Positions 23,613 through 33,349 of a stretch of DNA of 38,422 bases are shown piece by piece (the stretch's first letter is position 1; every line of letters begins with the position of its first letter). Origin of the DNA: an uncultured Planctomycetales bacterium (GTDB taxonomy: Bacteria; Planctomycetota; UBA1135); assembly GCA_964389745.1 (NCBI GenBank), contig CAYMFV010000001.1:1-38422 (forward strand), read 5' to 3'. Below the pieces are notes generated by a model. The model saw only the letters and a program-made list of their open reading frames with translations, did no database searches and had not been told where the DNA came from. Both the position numbers and the translations under genes were made by a program.

Positions 23613-23825
23613 ATGAAGCCCCAGGAGATACGCGGCAAGGAGGACGCCGAGATCCTCTTCGACATCGAGCAGCTCGAGAAGGAGCTGTTCCAGCTCCGCT
23701 TCCGGTCCCTCACCGAGGGCATTGCGGACCCGGCCCGGATCCGGCGCGTGCGCCGGGACCTGGCCCGCATGAAGACCATCCTCCTCGAGCGCCAGCTCCA
23801 GATTCGCGGCCAGGAGTCGCGTTAG
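23613..23825 (+). CDS. rpmC: 50S ribosomal protein L29
   Basis: Internal ATG of ORF 23448..23825, 70 aa: MKPQEIRGKEDAEILFDIEQLEKELFQLRFR... in the canonical position. Confidence 0.9.
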   Translation: MKPQEIRGKEDAEILFDIEQLEKELFQLRFRSLTEGIADPARIRRVRRDLARMKTILLERQLQIRGQESR

Positions 23826-23841
23826 GCAGGCGAAGGATTCG

Positions 23842-24144
23842 ATGACCGACAACCAGACCCAGCAGGAGACTCCGCCCCGCCCGGCCCGGGGGCAGCGCAA
23901 GGCGCTCCGGGGCACGGTGGTGTCCGACGCCATGGAGCGGACCATCGTGGTCCAGGTGGAGCGCATGGCCAGGCATCCCCGCTACCGGAAGACCATCAAG
24001 GTGCGGCGGAAGTTCTACGCCCACGACCAGGAGAACCAGGCCAAGGTCGGGGACGTGGTGGAGATCATGTCCACCCGCCCCCTGTCCAAGCTCAAGCGCT
24101 GGCGCCTGGTCCGGATCATCCAGTCCGCCCCCCGGCGCGGCTGA
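23842..24144 (+). CDS. rpsQ: 30S ribosomal protein S17
   Basis: 100-aa ORF with [20 protein letters not shown]...[18 protein letters not shown]...[20 protein letters not shown]. Confidence 0.95.
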   Translation: MTDNQTQQETPPRPARGQRKALRGTVVSDAMERTIVVQVERMARHPRYRKTIKVRRKFYAHDQENQAKVGDVVEIMSTRPLSKLKRWRLVRIIQSAPRRG

Positions 24145-24191
24145 ACGAGGCACTACCAGGACCCACCCAGAGCAGCAGGCAGGGAAGAACG

Positions 24192-24560
24192 ATGATCCAG
24201 ATGCAGACCCGCTTGGACGTCGCCGACAACAGCGGCGCCAAGGTCGTGCAGTGCATCAAGGTGCTGGGCGGCACCAACCGCCGCTTCGCCGGCCTCGGCG
24301 ACGTCGTCGTGGCCTCGGTGAAGAAGGCCCAGCCCGGTTCCGACGTCAAGTCTGGCCAGGTGGTGCGCGGCGTCATCGTCCGTACCCGGCAAAGGGTACG
24401 CCGTCGGGACGGCTCCTACGTCCGCTTTGACAGCAACGCCCTGGTGTTGGTGGACAACGAGGGCAACCCTCGTGGCACCCGGATCTTCGGCGCCGTGGCC
24501 CGGGAGCTGCGGGAACGCAACTTCATGAAGATCGTTTCCCTGGCCCAGGAGGTGGTCTGA
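24192..24560 (+). CDS. rplN: 50S ribosomal protein L14
   Basis: 122-aa [20 protein letters not shown]... Confidence 0.98.
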   Translation: MIQMQTRLDVADNSGAKVVQCIKVLGGTNRRFAGLGDVVVASVKKAQPGSDVKSGQVVRGVIVRTRQRVRRRDGSYVRFDSNALVLVDNEGNPRGTRIFGAVARELRERNFMKIVSLAQEVV

Positions 24561-24561
24561 G

Positions 24562-24870
24562 ATGCACGTCAAGCGAGGCGACCAGGTAGTGGTCATCGCC
24601 GGCAACGAACGCGGCAAGCGCGGCCGGATCCTGCGTGTCCTCCCCAAAGAGAACCGTGTGGTGGTGGAGGGCGTCAACATCCGGGTCAAGCACCTGCGCA
24701 AGACCCAGGCCAATCCCCAGGGGGGACGCATCGAGCGCGAGTTCCCCATCCACGTCTCCAACGTGCTGCTGTGGTCCGAGAAGGCCGGCAAGGGCGTCCG
24801 GGTCCGGCAGCAGGTCCAGGACGGACGCAAGGTCCGCGTTGGCATCCCCTGTGGCACCGTCTTCGATTGA
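24562..24870 (+). CDS. rplX: 50S ribosomal protein L24
   Basis: 102-aa [29 protein letters not shown]... (KOW motif). Confidence 0.95.
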   Translation: MHVKRGDQVVVIAGNERGKRGRILRVLPKENRVVVEGVNIRVKHLRKTQANPQGGRIEREFPIHVSNVLLWSEKAGKGVRVRQQVQDGRKVRVGIPCGTVFD

Positions 24871-24874
24871 AGCC

Positions 24875-25429
24875 ATGACCCGTCTCCTCGACAAGTACCG
24901 CCAGGAGATCGTTCCCGCCCTCGAGGAGCGCTTCCGCTTCGGCAACCGTCTGGCCATCCCGCGCCTCGAGAAGATCGTGGTGAGCATGGGCGTCGGCCGG
25001 GCGGTCGAGACCCGCACGCGCCTCGACGCCGCGGTCGCCGACCTGGCCCGGATCACCGGCCAGAAGCCGGTGATCCGCAAGGCCCGCAAGTCGGTGTCCG
25101 GGTTCCGCCTCCGGGAGGGGATGCCGGTGGGTTGCATGGTCACCCTGCGGGAGCGGCGCATGTACGAGTTCCTGGACCGCCTGATCTCGGTGGTCCTGCC
25201 GCGGATCCGGGACTTCCGGGGGCTGCGGGACAACTTCGACGGGCACGGCAACTTCAGCCTCGGCCTCAGCGAGCAGACCCTCTTTCCGGAGATCGATCTG
25301 GACAAGATCGAGTTTCCCCAGGGCATGAACATCACCATCGTCACCACCGCCCGCACCGACGAGGAAGGTCGGGCGCTCCTCGAGGGCTTCGGCATGCCCT
25401 TCCGTCGCCAGGCCGAGCAGGCCGCCTGA
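24875..25429 (+). CDS. rplE: 50S ribosomal protein L5
   Basis: Internal ATG of ORF 24635..25429, 184 aa: [16 protein letters not shown]...[14 protein letters not shown]...FRGL...[14 protein letters not shown]. Confidence 0.96.
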   Translation: MTRLLDKYRQEIVPALEERFRFGNRLAIPRLEKIVVSMGVGRAVETRTRLDAAVADLARITGQKPVIRKARKSVSGFRLREGMPVGCMVTLRERRMYEFLDRLISVVLPRIRDFRGLRDNFDGHGNFSLGLSEQTLFPEIDLDKIEFPQGMNITIVTTARTDEEGRALLEGFGMPFRRQAEQAA

Positions 25430-25439
25430 TCCAGCAACC

Positions 25440-25745
25440 ATGGCCAAGAAGAGCGTCACCCTGCGCCAGGAGAAGCGCGAGCAGCTGGTGCGTCGCTACG
25501 CCGAGCGGCGTGCGGCCTTGAAAGCCATCGTTCGGGACCCGAAGGCCTCTCTGGAGGAGAAGCTGGCGGCCTCCTGGAAGCTGGCCGCCCTGCCTCGGGA
25601 CAGCAGTCCGGTGCGCCTGCGCAACCGCTGCGCCATCACGAGCCGGCCCCGGGCCTACTACCGGCGCTTCGGCGTCTCCCGTCTCGTCTTCCGGCGTCTC
25701 GCCCACAAGGGCGAGCTTCCGGGTGTCCGCAAGGCCTCGTGGTAG
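25440..25745 (+). CDS. rpsN: 30S ribosomal protein S14 (long, non-zinc form)
   Basis: 101-aa ORF ending [41 protein letters not shown]. Confidence 0.95.
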   Translation: MAKKSVTLRQEKREQLVRRYAERRAALKAIVRDPKASLEEKLAASWKLAALPRDSSPVRLRNRCAITSRPRAYYRRFGVSRLVFRRLAHKGELPGVRKASW

Positions 25746-25758
25746 GGGAGGAATCGCC

Positions 25759-26160
25759 ATGGTCATGACCGACCCCATCGCCGACATGCTCACCCGGATC
25801 CGCAACGGCATCCAGGTGCGGCGCCGCTACGTGGACGTGCCGTCCTCGCGGATCAAGAGCGGCATCGCCCTGGTCCTGAAGGAAGAGGGCTACATCGAAA
25901 ACGTGGAGGCCCGTGAGGACGAGCGGGGCTTCGGCCTCCTGCGCATCCACCTCCGCTACGACCAGGATGGGCGCAGCGCCATCACCGAGCTGAAGCGAAC
26001 GTCCAAGCCGGGCTGCCGGGTCTACACCAGCAGCCGGGAGGTTCCCGAGGTCCGCCGTGGCCTGGGAGTGGCCATCCTGTCCACTCCCAAGGGCGTCATG
26101 AGCGGGCGCAAGGCCGCCGCCGAGAAGGTGGGCGGTGAAGTCCTGTGCACGGTGTTTTGA
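25759..26160 (+). CDS. rpsH: 30S ribosomal protein S8
   Basis: Internal ATG of ORF 25723..26160, preceded by GGAGG: MVMTDPIADMLTRIRNG... Confidence 0.95.
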   Translation: MVMTDPIADMLTRIRNGIQVRRRYVDVPSSRIKSGIALVLKEEGYIENVEAREDERGFGLLRIHLRYDQDGRSAITELKRTSKPGCRVYTSSREVPEVRRGLGVAILSTPKGVMSGRKAAAEKVGGEVLCTVF

Positions 26161-26164
26161 AGCC

Positions 26165-26707
26165 ATGTCCCGCATCGGCAAGACGCCCGTTCCCCTGCCG
26201 TCCGGCGTGACCGTGAAGGTCGCCGGCGACTCCTTCGAGGTCCATGGCCCGAAGGGCAGCCTGCGGTTTCCCCTGTTCCCCGAGGTCGCCATCCGGGTCG
26301 AGGACGGCGTCGCCTACGTGGAGCGGACCGGGGCCGGTGGGGAGCGCCAGGCCCGGGCCTACCACGGGCTCGTCCGGGCCCACCTGGCGAACATGGTCCA
26401 AGGTGTCAGCGAGGGCTTCACCAAGGTCCTCGAGATCGTCGGCACGGGCTGGAACGCCAAGGTGCAGGGCAACGCCGTGGAGCTGCAGATCGGTTTCTGC
26501 CATCCGGTGGTGTGCACCGCCCCCGAGGGGGTGACGGTCACCGTTCCCACCCCGAACCAGATCGTCATCAGCGGTCCCGACAAGCAGAAGGTCGGCCAGT
26601 TCGCCGCCAACGTGCGTCGGGTCCGCCCGCCCGAGCCCTACAAGGGCAAGGGCATCCGCTACCAGGGTGAAGAGGTGCGCCGCAAGGTCGGCAAGTCCCT
26701 CAGCTGA
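26165..26707 (+). CDS. rplF: 50S ribosomal protein L6
   Basis: Internal ATG of ORF 26135..26707: [19 protein letters not shown]...[14 protein letters not shown]. Confidence 0.96.
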   Translation: MSRIGKTPVPLPSGVTVKVAGDSFEVHGPKGSLRFPLFPEVAIRVEDGVAYVERTGAGGERQARAYHGLVRAHLANMVQGVSEGFTKVLEIVGTGWNAKVQGNAVELQIGFCHPVVCTAPEGVTVTVPTPNQIVISGPDKQKVGQFAANVRRVRPPEPYKGKGIRYQGEEVRRKVGKSLS

Positions 26708-26709
26708 TC

Positions 26710-27084
26710 ATGGACCATCTCCAGCAACGCAAGAAGTGGCGCCGCCGGCTGCGGAAGCGCCTGGGTGTCCGCCGTCGGTTGCGCCTGGCGGGCGACCGCC
26801 CCCGGCTCTCGGTCTACCGGAGCCACAAGCACATCCTGGCCCAGGTCATCGACGACCAGGCCGGTCACACCCTGGCCGCCGCCAGCGACTACGAAGCAGC
26901 ACTGCGCCAGGAGCTGGCGGGCAAGCCCAAGCAGGAGCGGGCCGCTGCGGTGGGTCGCTTGGTGGCCGAGCGGGCTCGGGCCGCGGGGGTCGAGAAGGTG
27001 GCCTTCGACCGGGGCGCCTACCGTTACCACGGCCGCGTGAAGGCCCTCGCCGAGGCCGCCAGGGGGGCGGGACTCCAGTTCTGA
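26710..27084 (+). CDS. rplR: 50S ribosomal protein L18
   Basis: 124-aa ORF with [18 protein letters not shown]...[26 protein letters not shown]. Confidence 0.96.
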   Translation: MDHLQQRKKWRRRLRKRLGVRRRLRLAGDRPRLSVYRSHKHILAQVIDDQAGHTLAAASDYEAALRQELAGKPKQERAAAVGRLVAERARAAGVEKVAFDRGAYRYHGRVKALAEAARGAGLQF

Positions 27085-27096
27085 TCGGGAGACAAG

Positions 27097-27609
27097 ATGG
27101 CCAAGCCCAAGTTCGAGTTCATGGACCGTACCGAGGCCGAGAAGGTCGGCGAGCTGAAGGAAGAGCGCCTCAAGGTCAACCGCTCCGCCAAGGTGGTGAA
27201 GGGCGGCCGCCGCTTCTCCTTCTCCACCCTGACCGTGGTGGGGAACCAGGACGGCATCGTCGGCTTCGGCTTCGGCAAGGCCAAGGAGATCCCCCTGGCC
27301 ATGCAGAAAGCGATGAAGGACGGCCGCAAGCACCTGATCCGGGTGCCCCGGGTCGGCACCACCATCCCCCACGAGGTGGAGGGGCGCTACTGCTCGTCCA
27401 AGGTGCGCCTGATTCCGGCCGCGCCCGGCACCGGGATCATCGCCGGGGGCACGGTGCGGGCGGTGCTGGAGCTGGCCGGCGTCAAGGACGTCCTCAGCAA
27501 GGCCTACGGTTCCACCAACCCGGTCAACCTGGTCAAGGCCACGATCGATGCCCTGGCCCGGCTGCGGACCAAGGAAGAGATCGAGGAGATCCGAGGAGTG
27601 AAGCTCTGA
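27097..27609 (+). CDS. rpsE: 30S ribosomal protein S5
   Basis: 170-aa ORF with [38 protein letters not shown]. Confidence 0.97.
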   Translation: MAKPKFEFMDRTEAEKVGELKEERLKVNRSAKVVKGGRRFSFSTLTVVGNQDGIVGFGFGKAKEIPLAMQKAMKDGRKHLIRVPRVGTTIPHEVEGRYCSSKVRLIPAAPGTGIIAGGTVRAVLELAGVKDVLSKAYGSTNPVNLVKATIDALARLRTKEEIEEIRGVKL

Positions 27610-28055
27610 TGCAGGTTCACGACGTCACTGCCAAGGGAGTCTCGCACCGGCCCCGCAAGCGGCTCGGTCGCGGTCCGGGCTCGGGCACGGGCAAGACCGC
27701 TGGCCGGGGCCACAAGGGCCAGCGCTCCCGCTCCGGCGTGAGCCGCCGGCCGGGCTTCGAGGGCGGGCAGATGCCCCTCTTCCGGAAGGTGCCGAAGCGG
27801 GGCTTCACCAACGCCCGCTTCAAGAAGCACTACACACTGGTGAACGTCGAGCGTCTCAACCACTTCCCCGACGGCGCCGAGGTCGACCTGGACCAGGTCC
27901 TGGCCGCCGGCCTGACCCGGCGCAGCGGCGACCGCCTGAAGGTCCTCGGGGAAGGCGAGCTGCAGCGCCGGCTCGTGGTCCGGGCGCATCGCTTCTCGGC
28001 GGCGGCCCGGGCCAAGATCGAGGCCGCAGGCGGCAGCGTGGAGGTCCTCGACTAG
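27609..28055 (+). CDS. rplO: 50S ribosomal protein L15
   Basis: Internal ATG of ORF 26667..28055 that overlaps the rpsE stop (TGATG), 148 aa: ...[26 protein letters not shown]...[18 protein letters not shown]. Confidence 0.93.
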   Translation: MQVHDVTAKGVSHRPRKRLGRGPGSGTGKTAGRGHKGQRSRSGVSRRPGFEGGQMPLFRKVPKRGFTNARFKKHYTLVNVERLNHFPDGAEVDLDQVLAAGLTRRSGDRLKVLGEGELQRRLVVRAHRFSAAARAKIEAAGGSVEVLD

Positions 28056-28063
28056 AGCAGGCC

Positions 28064-29377
28064 ATGGACCAGCTCCTCGCCCTGTTTCGGATCCCGGAGC
28101 TGCGCCGGAAGATCAGCGTCACCTTCCTGATGCTGCTCATCTACCGCCTGGGCTTCCAGGTGCCCCTGCCGGGGCTCAACCTGGCCCAGGTCAAGACGGC
28201 CGCCGAGAAGGTCGCCCAGGGCGCCTTTGGCGGCCTGTTCGGCATCATGAACGCCTTCACCGGGGCAGGGATCGGCAACGCCGTCATCTTCTCCCTGGGG
28301 GTGATGCCCTACATCTCGGCCTCCATCATCTTCAGCCTGCTGGTGAAGGTCCTGCCCTCCCTGGAGGCCCTGTCGAAGGAGGGGGCGGCGGGCCAGAAGA
28401 AGATCAACCAGTACACGCGTCTGGCGACGGTGCCGATCTGCATCCTGCAGGCGATCTTCATCCTCTTCGGGGTGATCCTGAACCCGAACTACGGCCTGGT
28501 CACCGGTCAGGTGTCCATGGCCTACGGCCTGCTGGTGATCCTGGCCCTTACCGCTGGCACGATGTTCATCATGTGGCTGGGGGAGCAGATCACGGAGTAC
28601 GGGATCGGTAACGGTGTCTCCCTGATCATCATGGCCGGCATCATCGCCCGGCTGCCGAGCTCCCTGAAGCAGTTTCTGGCGGTGAGCGACGATCCCCGGC
28701 AGATGTCGGTGATCCTGGCGGCCATCTGGGCCGGCGTGGTCCTGGTGGTGGTCTACATCCACCGTGGCCAGCGGCGGATCCCCATCCAGCAGGCCAAGCT
28801 GACCCGGGGTAGAAAGGTCATCGGTGGCGCCCGCCACTACCTGCCCCTGCGGGTCAACCAGGCCGGCGTCATGCCGATCATCTTCGCCGGCGCCTTGTTC
28901 ATGGCGCCGAACCTCCTGGCGACGGTCCCGGGCCTGCGGTGGATGGGGGAGGTGTTCCGGCCGGGCAGCTTCCTGTACATCGTCTGCTACGCGAGCCTGA
29001 TCTTCTTCTTCTCCTTCTTCTGGGTGCGCCTGATGTTCCAGCCGGAGGAGATCGCCAACAACCTGAAGGAGTATGGGTCCTTCATCCCGGGCATCCGGCC
29101 CGGCAAGGCCACGGCGGACTACCTGTCCTTCGTCCTGGACCGGATCACCCTGGCGGGGGCGGCCTTCCTGGCGGTCATCGCCATCCTGCCGAACCTGGTC
29201 ACGTCGAATCTGCGCATCCCGCTGATGGTGTCCTACTTCATGGGCGGTACCTCGATCCTGATCGTGGTATCGGTGGCCCTGGACATCGTCGACAGCCTCA
29301 ACAGTCACCTGCTGATGCGCAACTACGATGGCTTCATGAAGGCTGGGGGCACCGGCTGGGCCAGGAGGAGGCAGTAA
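28064..29377 (+). CDS. secY: Preprotein translocase subunit SecY
   Basis: 437-aa polytopic ORF with GIMPYISASII-type (GVMPYISASIIFSLL) and WLGEQITEYGIGNGVSLII motifs. Confidence 0.97.
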   Translation: MDQLLALFRIPELRRKISVTFLMLLIYRLGFQVPLPGLNLAQVKTAAEKVAQGAFGGLFGIMNAFTGAGIGNAVIFSLGVMPYISASIIFSLLVKVLPSLEALSKEGAAGQKKINQYTRLATVPICILQAIFILFGVILNPNYGLVTGQVSMAYGLLVILALTAGTMFIMWLGEQITEYGIGNGVSLIIMAGIIARLPSSLKQFLAVSDDPRQMSVILAAIWAGVVLVVVYIHRGQRRIPIQQAKLTRGRKVIGGARHYLPLRVNQAGVMPIIFAGALFMAPNLLATVPGLRWMGEVFRPGSFLYIVCYASLIFFFSFFWVRLMFQPEEIANNLKEYGSFIPGIRPGKATADYLSFVLDRITLAGAAFLAVIAILPNLVTSNLRIPLMVSYFMGGTSILIVVSVALDIVDSLNSHLLMRNYDGFMKAGGTGWARRRQ

Positions 29378-29379
29378 CG

Positions 29380-29943
29380 GTGATCGTCGTCCTCCTGGGG
29401 CCGCCTGGAGTGGGCAAGGGGACCCAGGGCAGCCGGGCCGCCGAGTCGGAGGGCTGGCTGCACCTCTCCACCGGCGACATCCTCCGGGAGGAGGTGGCCC
29501 GGGAGACGGCCCTGGGCCTCCAGGCCCGGCAGTACATGGAGCGGGGCGACCTGGTCCCCGACGGGCTGATGGTCGACATGGTCGCGGGCCGCCTCCGGGA
29601 CATCCCCGAGGACCAGGTGCTGCTCCTGGACGGCTTCCCCCGGACCCTGGCCCAGGCCGAGGCCCTGGAGGAGACGGCGGGTGGCGGCACCTTGGGCCTG
29701 GCGCTATACTTCTACGCCCCTGTCGCCGTGCTCGCGGCCCGGCTCGTGGGTCGGGGCCGTGCCGACGACTCTCGGAAGGTGGTGGAGCGCCGGCTCGCCG
29801 TCTACCGGGAGACCACTGAACCCCTGGTGGCGTGGTATCGCGACCGGGGACTGCTCCAGGAGATCGACGCCGACCGCCCGGTGGAGGCCATCCAGGAGGA
29901 GATCATCCAGATCGTTCGCAACAAGCTCGCTGCTCGCACCTGA
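29380..29943 (+). CDS. adk: Adenylate kinase (short-lid type)
   Basis: GTG start 2 nt after the secY stop gives (M)[16 protein letters not shown]...LLDGFPRT...GRGRADD...R, 187 aa. There is no Cys4 lid. Confidence 0.88.
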   Translation: MIVVLLGPPGVGKGTQGSRAAESEGWLHLSTGDILREEVARETALGLQARQYMERGDLVPDGLMVDMVAGRLRDIPEDQVLLLDGFPRTLAQAEALEETAGGGTLGLALYFYAPVAVLAARLVGRGRADDSRKVVERRLAVYRETTEPLVAWYRDRGLLQEIDADRPVEAIQEEIIQIVRNKLAART

Positions 29944-29962
29944 ACGGCGCCCCGCGCCCCCC

Positions 29963-30241
29963 ATGGCCAAGGAAGAACCCATAACCGCCCAGGCGATTGT
30001 CCGCGAAGCCCTCCCAAACGCAATGTTTCGGGTGGAGCTGGAGAATGGGCACATGGTCCTGGCCAACATCTCCGGGCGGATGCGCATGCACTACATCCGC
30101 ATCCTCCCGGGGGACACCGTCACCGTGGAGATGTCGCCCTACGACCTCACCCGGTGCCGGATCGTGTACCGGGGAGAGCGCCGCCCGGGGACCCGCAGCG
30201 GCACCTCCCGTCGCCGTCGCAGCCGCCGCCGGCGGCGTTGA
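29963..30241 (+). CDS. infA: Translation initiation factor IF-1 with an Arg-rich C-terminal extension
   Basis: Internal ATG of ORF 29681..30241, 92 aa: ...[54 protein letters not shown] followed by [22 protein letters not shown]. Confidence 0.93.
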   Translation: MAKEEPITAQAIVREALPNAMFRVELENGHMVLANISGRMRMHYIRILPGDTVTVEMSPYDLTRCRIVYRGERRPGTRSGTSRRRRSRRRRR

Positions 30242-30257
30242 AGCCGAGAGAAGAACC

Positions 30258-30374
30258 ATGAAGGTCCGCTCCAGTGTTCGTCGCATGTGTGACCATTGCA
30301 AGATCATCCGCCGCCACGGCAAGGTGCGGGTGATCTGCAGCCGTGACCCCCGCCACAAGCAGCGGCAGGGTTGA
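30258..30374 (+). CDS. rpmJ: 50S ribosomal protein L36
   Basis: Internal ATG of ORF 29997..30374, 38 aa: [38 protein letters not shown]. Confidence 0.93.
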   Translation: MKVRSSVRRMCDHCKIIRRHGKVRVICSRDPRHKQRQG

Positions 30375-30416
30375 AACCCCTCTTCCCCGACAGCCAAGAA
30401 CCGAGAGCCATCCCAC

Positions 30417-30800
30417 ATGCCGCGCGTCATCGGCGTCGACATTCCCGGCAACAAGCGCACCGTGATCGCCCTGACCTACATCCTGGGGATCGGGCCGACC
30501 CGGGCGGCGGAGGTCTGCCTGGCCCTGGAGCTTGACCCGGACAAGCGGGCGAAGGACCTGAGCGACGAGGAGCTCGGCGCCCTGGCCGCGCACCTGGAGC
30601 GCACCTATACCCTGGAAGGGGGCCTGCGCCGGCAGGTGGCGGGCAACATCAACCGTCTGCGGGAGATCGCCTGTTATCGGGGTCTGCGCCACCGCCGTGG
30701 CCTGCCCGTGCGCGGCCAGCGCAGCCGGACCAACGCTCGGACCCGGAAGGGCCCGCGCAAGACCGTCGCCGGCAAGAAGTCCGTCAAGGCGATGAAGTGA
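30417..30800 (+). CDS. rpsM: 30S ribosomal protein S13
   Basis: 127-aa [29 protein letters not shown]... Confidence 0.97.
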   Translation: MPRVIGVDIPGNKRTVIALTYILGIGPTRAAEVCLALELDPDKRAKDLSDEELGALAAHLERTYTLEGGLRRQVAGNINRLREIACYRGLRHRRGLPVRGQRSRTNARTRKGPRKTVAGKKSVKAMK

Positions 30801-30837
30801 TCCGGGACCGGAACCAGACAGCAGCGAAGACATCGGA

Positions 30838-31224
30838 ATGAGCGCCGCCAAGAGCCGCAAGTCCAGGTCGAAGAAGGTCGGATCCAGGGGCGTCGCCCAC
30901 ATCCGCTCCACCTTCAACAACACCATCATCAGCCTCACCGACTCCTACGGCCAGGTCATCGCCTGGCAGTCGGCGGGTTCCGTGGGCTACAAGGGCGCCC
31001 GCAAGTCCACCCCCTTCGCCGCCCAGCTCGCCTCCTCCCGGGTGGCCGAAACGGCCTACAAGATGGGCCTCCGCGAGGTGGACGTGCGGGTCAAGGGCCC
31101 TGGTTCCGGGCGGGAGAGCGCCATCCGCGGTCTCGCCCAGGGCGGCCTTCGGGTCCTCACCATCGAGGACGTCACCCCCCTTCCCCACAACGGCTGCCGG
31201 CCCCGCAAGAAGCGCCGCGTCTGA
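30838..31224 (+). CDS. rpsK: 30S ribosomal protein S11
   Basis: 128-aa ORF with [18 protein letters not shown]...[16 protein letters not shown]. Confidence 0.97.
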   Translation: MSAAKSRKSRSKKVGSRGVAHIRSTFNNTIISLTDSYGQVIAWQSAGSVGYKGARKSTPFAAQLASSRVAETAYKMGLREVDVRVKGPGSGRESAIRGLAQGGLRVLTIEDVTPLPHNGCRPRKKRRV

Positions 31225-31227
31225 TCC

Positions 31228-31860
31228 ATGGCTCGATTCACTGGGAACGTCTGTCGCCTGTGCCGTCGGGAGGGCTACAAGCTCTTCCTCAAGGGTCGCC
31301 GCTGCGAGAGCGAGAAGTGCGCCGTGGACCGGCGCAACGTGCCCCCGGGTACGAACATCCGCTCCCGCCCCCGGCGCCTGTCGGACTACGGCGTGCACCT
31401 GCGGGAGAAGCAGAAGGTCAAGCGGATCTATGGCGTCCTGGAACGCCAGTTCAAGCGCTACTTCCACATGGCCGAGCGCATGAAGGGGAACACGGGGGTC
31501 AACCTCCTGACCATCCTCGAGCGCCGGCTGGACAACGTCGTGGATGCCGCCGGCCTGTCCCTGTCCCGGCCCCATGCCCGGCAGCTCATCGTCCACGGCC
31601 ATTTCACGGTCAACGGTCGCCGGGTCGACGTGCCGAGCTACATGGTCCGCCCGGGCGACGTGATCGCACCCAAGAGCAGGGAGCGCACCCGCAAGCTGGT
31701 GGCCGAGCTCCTGGAGCTCAACAGCGACAAGACCCCGCCGGCGTGGCTGGCGGTGGACAAGGGCAGCGCCTCGGTCAAGGTGCTGCACAACCCCGCCCGG
31801 GTGGATGTCCGCTTCCCGGACATCCAGGAACAGTTCATCGTCGAGTTCTGCTCCCGCTAG
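31228..31860 (+). CDS. rpsD: 30S ribosomal protein S4 (Cys4 zinc-knuckle form)
   Basis: 210-aa ORF MARFTGNVCRLCRREGYKLFLKGRRCESEKC... with an S4 RNA-binding domain. Confidence 0.96.
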   Translation: MARFTGNVCRLCRREGYKLFLKGRRCESEKCAVDRRNVPPGTNIRSRPRRLSDYGVHLREKQKVKRIYGVLERQFKRYFHMAERMKGNTGVNLLTILERRLDNVVDAAGLSLSRPHARQLIVHGHFTVNGRRVDVPSYMVRPGDVIAPKSRERTRKLVAELLELNSDKTPPAWLAVDKGSASVKVLHNPARVDVRFPDIQEQFIVEFCSR

Positions 31861-31885
31861 GGCAGGCACGGCTGGAGGGAGGAAC

Positions 31886-32899
31886 ATGCGCATTCGCTGG
31901 CGAGACTTCGAGCTGCCGTCCGGTGTCAAGCTGGACGAGGCCACCGCGACCGCGACCTACGGTCGCTTCGTGGTCGAGCCCTTCGAACGGGGCTTCGGCC
32001 ACACCATCGGCAACGGACTGCGCCGGGTGCTGCTCTCCTCCATCGAGGGGGCCGCGGTGACGGCCCTGCAGCTCGAGGGGGTCGAGCACGAGTTCAAGTC
32101 CATCGAGGGCGTCCAGGAGGACGTGCCCTACATTGTCCTGGCCTGCAAGCGCCTGCGGGTCCGCCTGGAGGGCGGGGAGACGCCGGTCCACCTGCACTTC
32201 AAGAAGACCGGGCCCTGCACGGTCACGGCGGCCGACCTGGAGTGCCCCACGGGGGTGAGCGTCGTCAACCAGGACCTGCAGCTGTGCACGATCACGGGCG
32301 AGGGGCGCACCCTGGAGGGCACCCTCACGGTGCGCCGGGGCCGGGGCTACGTGGCCGCCGAGGAGACCGGTGAACCCATGGACCAGGTCGGGCTGATCCC
32401 CCTGGACGCGGCCTTCTCCCCGGTGAAGCGGGTCCGCTACAGCATCGAGGCCACCCGCGTCGGCAAGTTCACCAACTACGATCGCCTGGTCCTGGAGGTC
32501 TGGACCGACGGCACGGTGGACCCGCGCATGGCCCTGGTGGAGGCGGGCAAGATCTACCGCAAGCACCTGAACCCCTTGGTCCAGTTCGGCGAGGCCCTGC
32601 ACGGCGTACCGGTGGTGGACGAGGTCAAGGCCATCGACGCCGCGGCCGAGCGCCGGCGGGATCGGGTCAGCGCCCTGCTCCACGAGCCGATCGACAAGCT
32701 CGACCTCTCCACCCGGGCCCGCAACTGCCTGGACGCCGCCGGCATCCAGACGCTGGAGGACCTGGTCTTCAAGACCCGGGAGGAGCTCCTGGACATCAAG
32801 AACCTCGGCCAGACCGTGCTCACCGAGATCGAGAAGAAGCTGGGCGAGCTCGACCTCGAGGTGGGCATGGATCGTGAGGCCATCCTGGGCCAGTCCTGA
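31886..32899 (+). CDS. rpoA: DNA-directed RNA polymerase subunit alpha
   Basis: Internal ATG of ORF 31805..32899, preceded by GGAGGGAGG, 337 aa: ...FVVEPFERGFGHTIGNGLRRVLLSSIEGAAV... with C-terminal domain LDLSTRARNCLDAAGIQTLEDL. Confidence 0.96.
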   Translation: MRIRWRDFELPSGVKLDEATATATYGRFVVEPFERGFGHTIGNGLRRVLLSSIEGAAVTALQLEGVEHEFKSIEGVQEDVPYIVLACKRLRVRLEGGETPVHLHFKKTGPCTVTAADLECPTGVSVVNQDLQLCTITGEGRTLEGTLTVRRGRGYVAAEETGEPMDQVGLIPLDAAFSPVKRVRYSIEATRVGKFTNYDRLVLEVWTDGTVDPRMALVEAGKIYRKHLNPLVQFGEALHGVPVVDEVKAIDAAAERRRDRVSALLHEPIDKLDLSTRARNCLDAAGIQTLEDLVFKTREELLDIKNLGQTVLTEIEKKLGELDLEVGMDREAILGQS

Positions 32900-32913
32900 C
32901 CGCACCTGGAACC

Positions 32914-33312
32914 ATGCGCCACCGCGTCAAGACCCGCAAGCTCTCCCGGACCAGCGCCCATCGCCGGGCCCTGGCCCGCAACCTGGCCGCGGCGCTCATC
33001 GAGCATGAGCGCATCGAGACCACTGTGGTCAAGGCCAAGGCCCACCGGCCCTTCGTCGAAAAGCTGGTGACCCTGGCGAAGCACAAGAACCTGCACAACT
33101 ACCGCCGCGCCCTGGCCTTGCTGGGGAACAACGAGGCGGCCGTGGCCAAGCTCTTCCAGGTCATCGGTCCGCGCTTCGCCGAGCGGCCGGGTGGCTATAC
33201 CCGGATCCTGAAGCTCTCCCGGCCCCGTCTCGGGGACAAGGCGCCCCGGGCGATCTTCGAGTTCGTGGAGCGCTCCCCGAAGGACGAGAGCGCCGAGGTC
33301 GAGGAGGCCTGA
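32914..33312 (+). CDS. rplQ: 50S ribosomal protein L17
   Basis: 132-aa ORF MRHRVKTRKLSRTSAHRRALARNLAAALIEHERIETT... Confidence 0.96.
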   Translation: MRHRVKTRKLSRTSAHRRALARNLAAALIEHERIETTVVKAKAHRPFVEKLVTLAKHKNLHNYRRALALLGNNEAAVAKLFQVIGPRFAERPGGYTRILKLSRPRLGDKAPRAIFEFVERSPKDESAEVEEA

Positions 33313-33326
33313 AGGCCCTGACCTGG

Positions 33327-33349
33327 GGGCGGTTGGCCCGCGACCGCCC
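33327..33349. terminator. Stem-loop in the 36-nt convergent gap between rplQ and dnaE
   Basis: GGGCGGT (33327-33333) pairs with ACCGCCC (33343-33349) around a 9-nt loop and touches the dnaE stop codon. There is no U-tract. It is a candidate bidirectional terminator. Confidence 0.3.

Noticed and set aside
27607-27611. Missing L30 gene (rpmD) between rpsE and rplO; map is also absent after adk
   Set aside because: The rpsE stop overlaps the rplO start (TGATG), so there is no room for a missed gene. L30 loss and map relocation are common lineage features, not anomalies.
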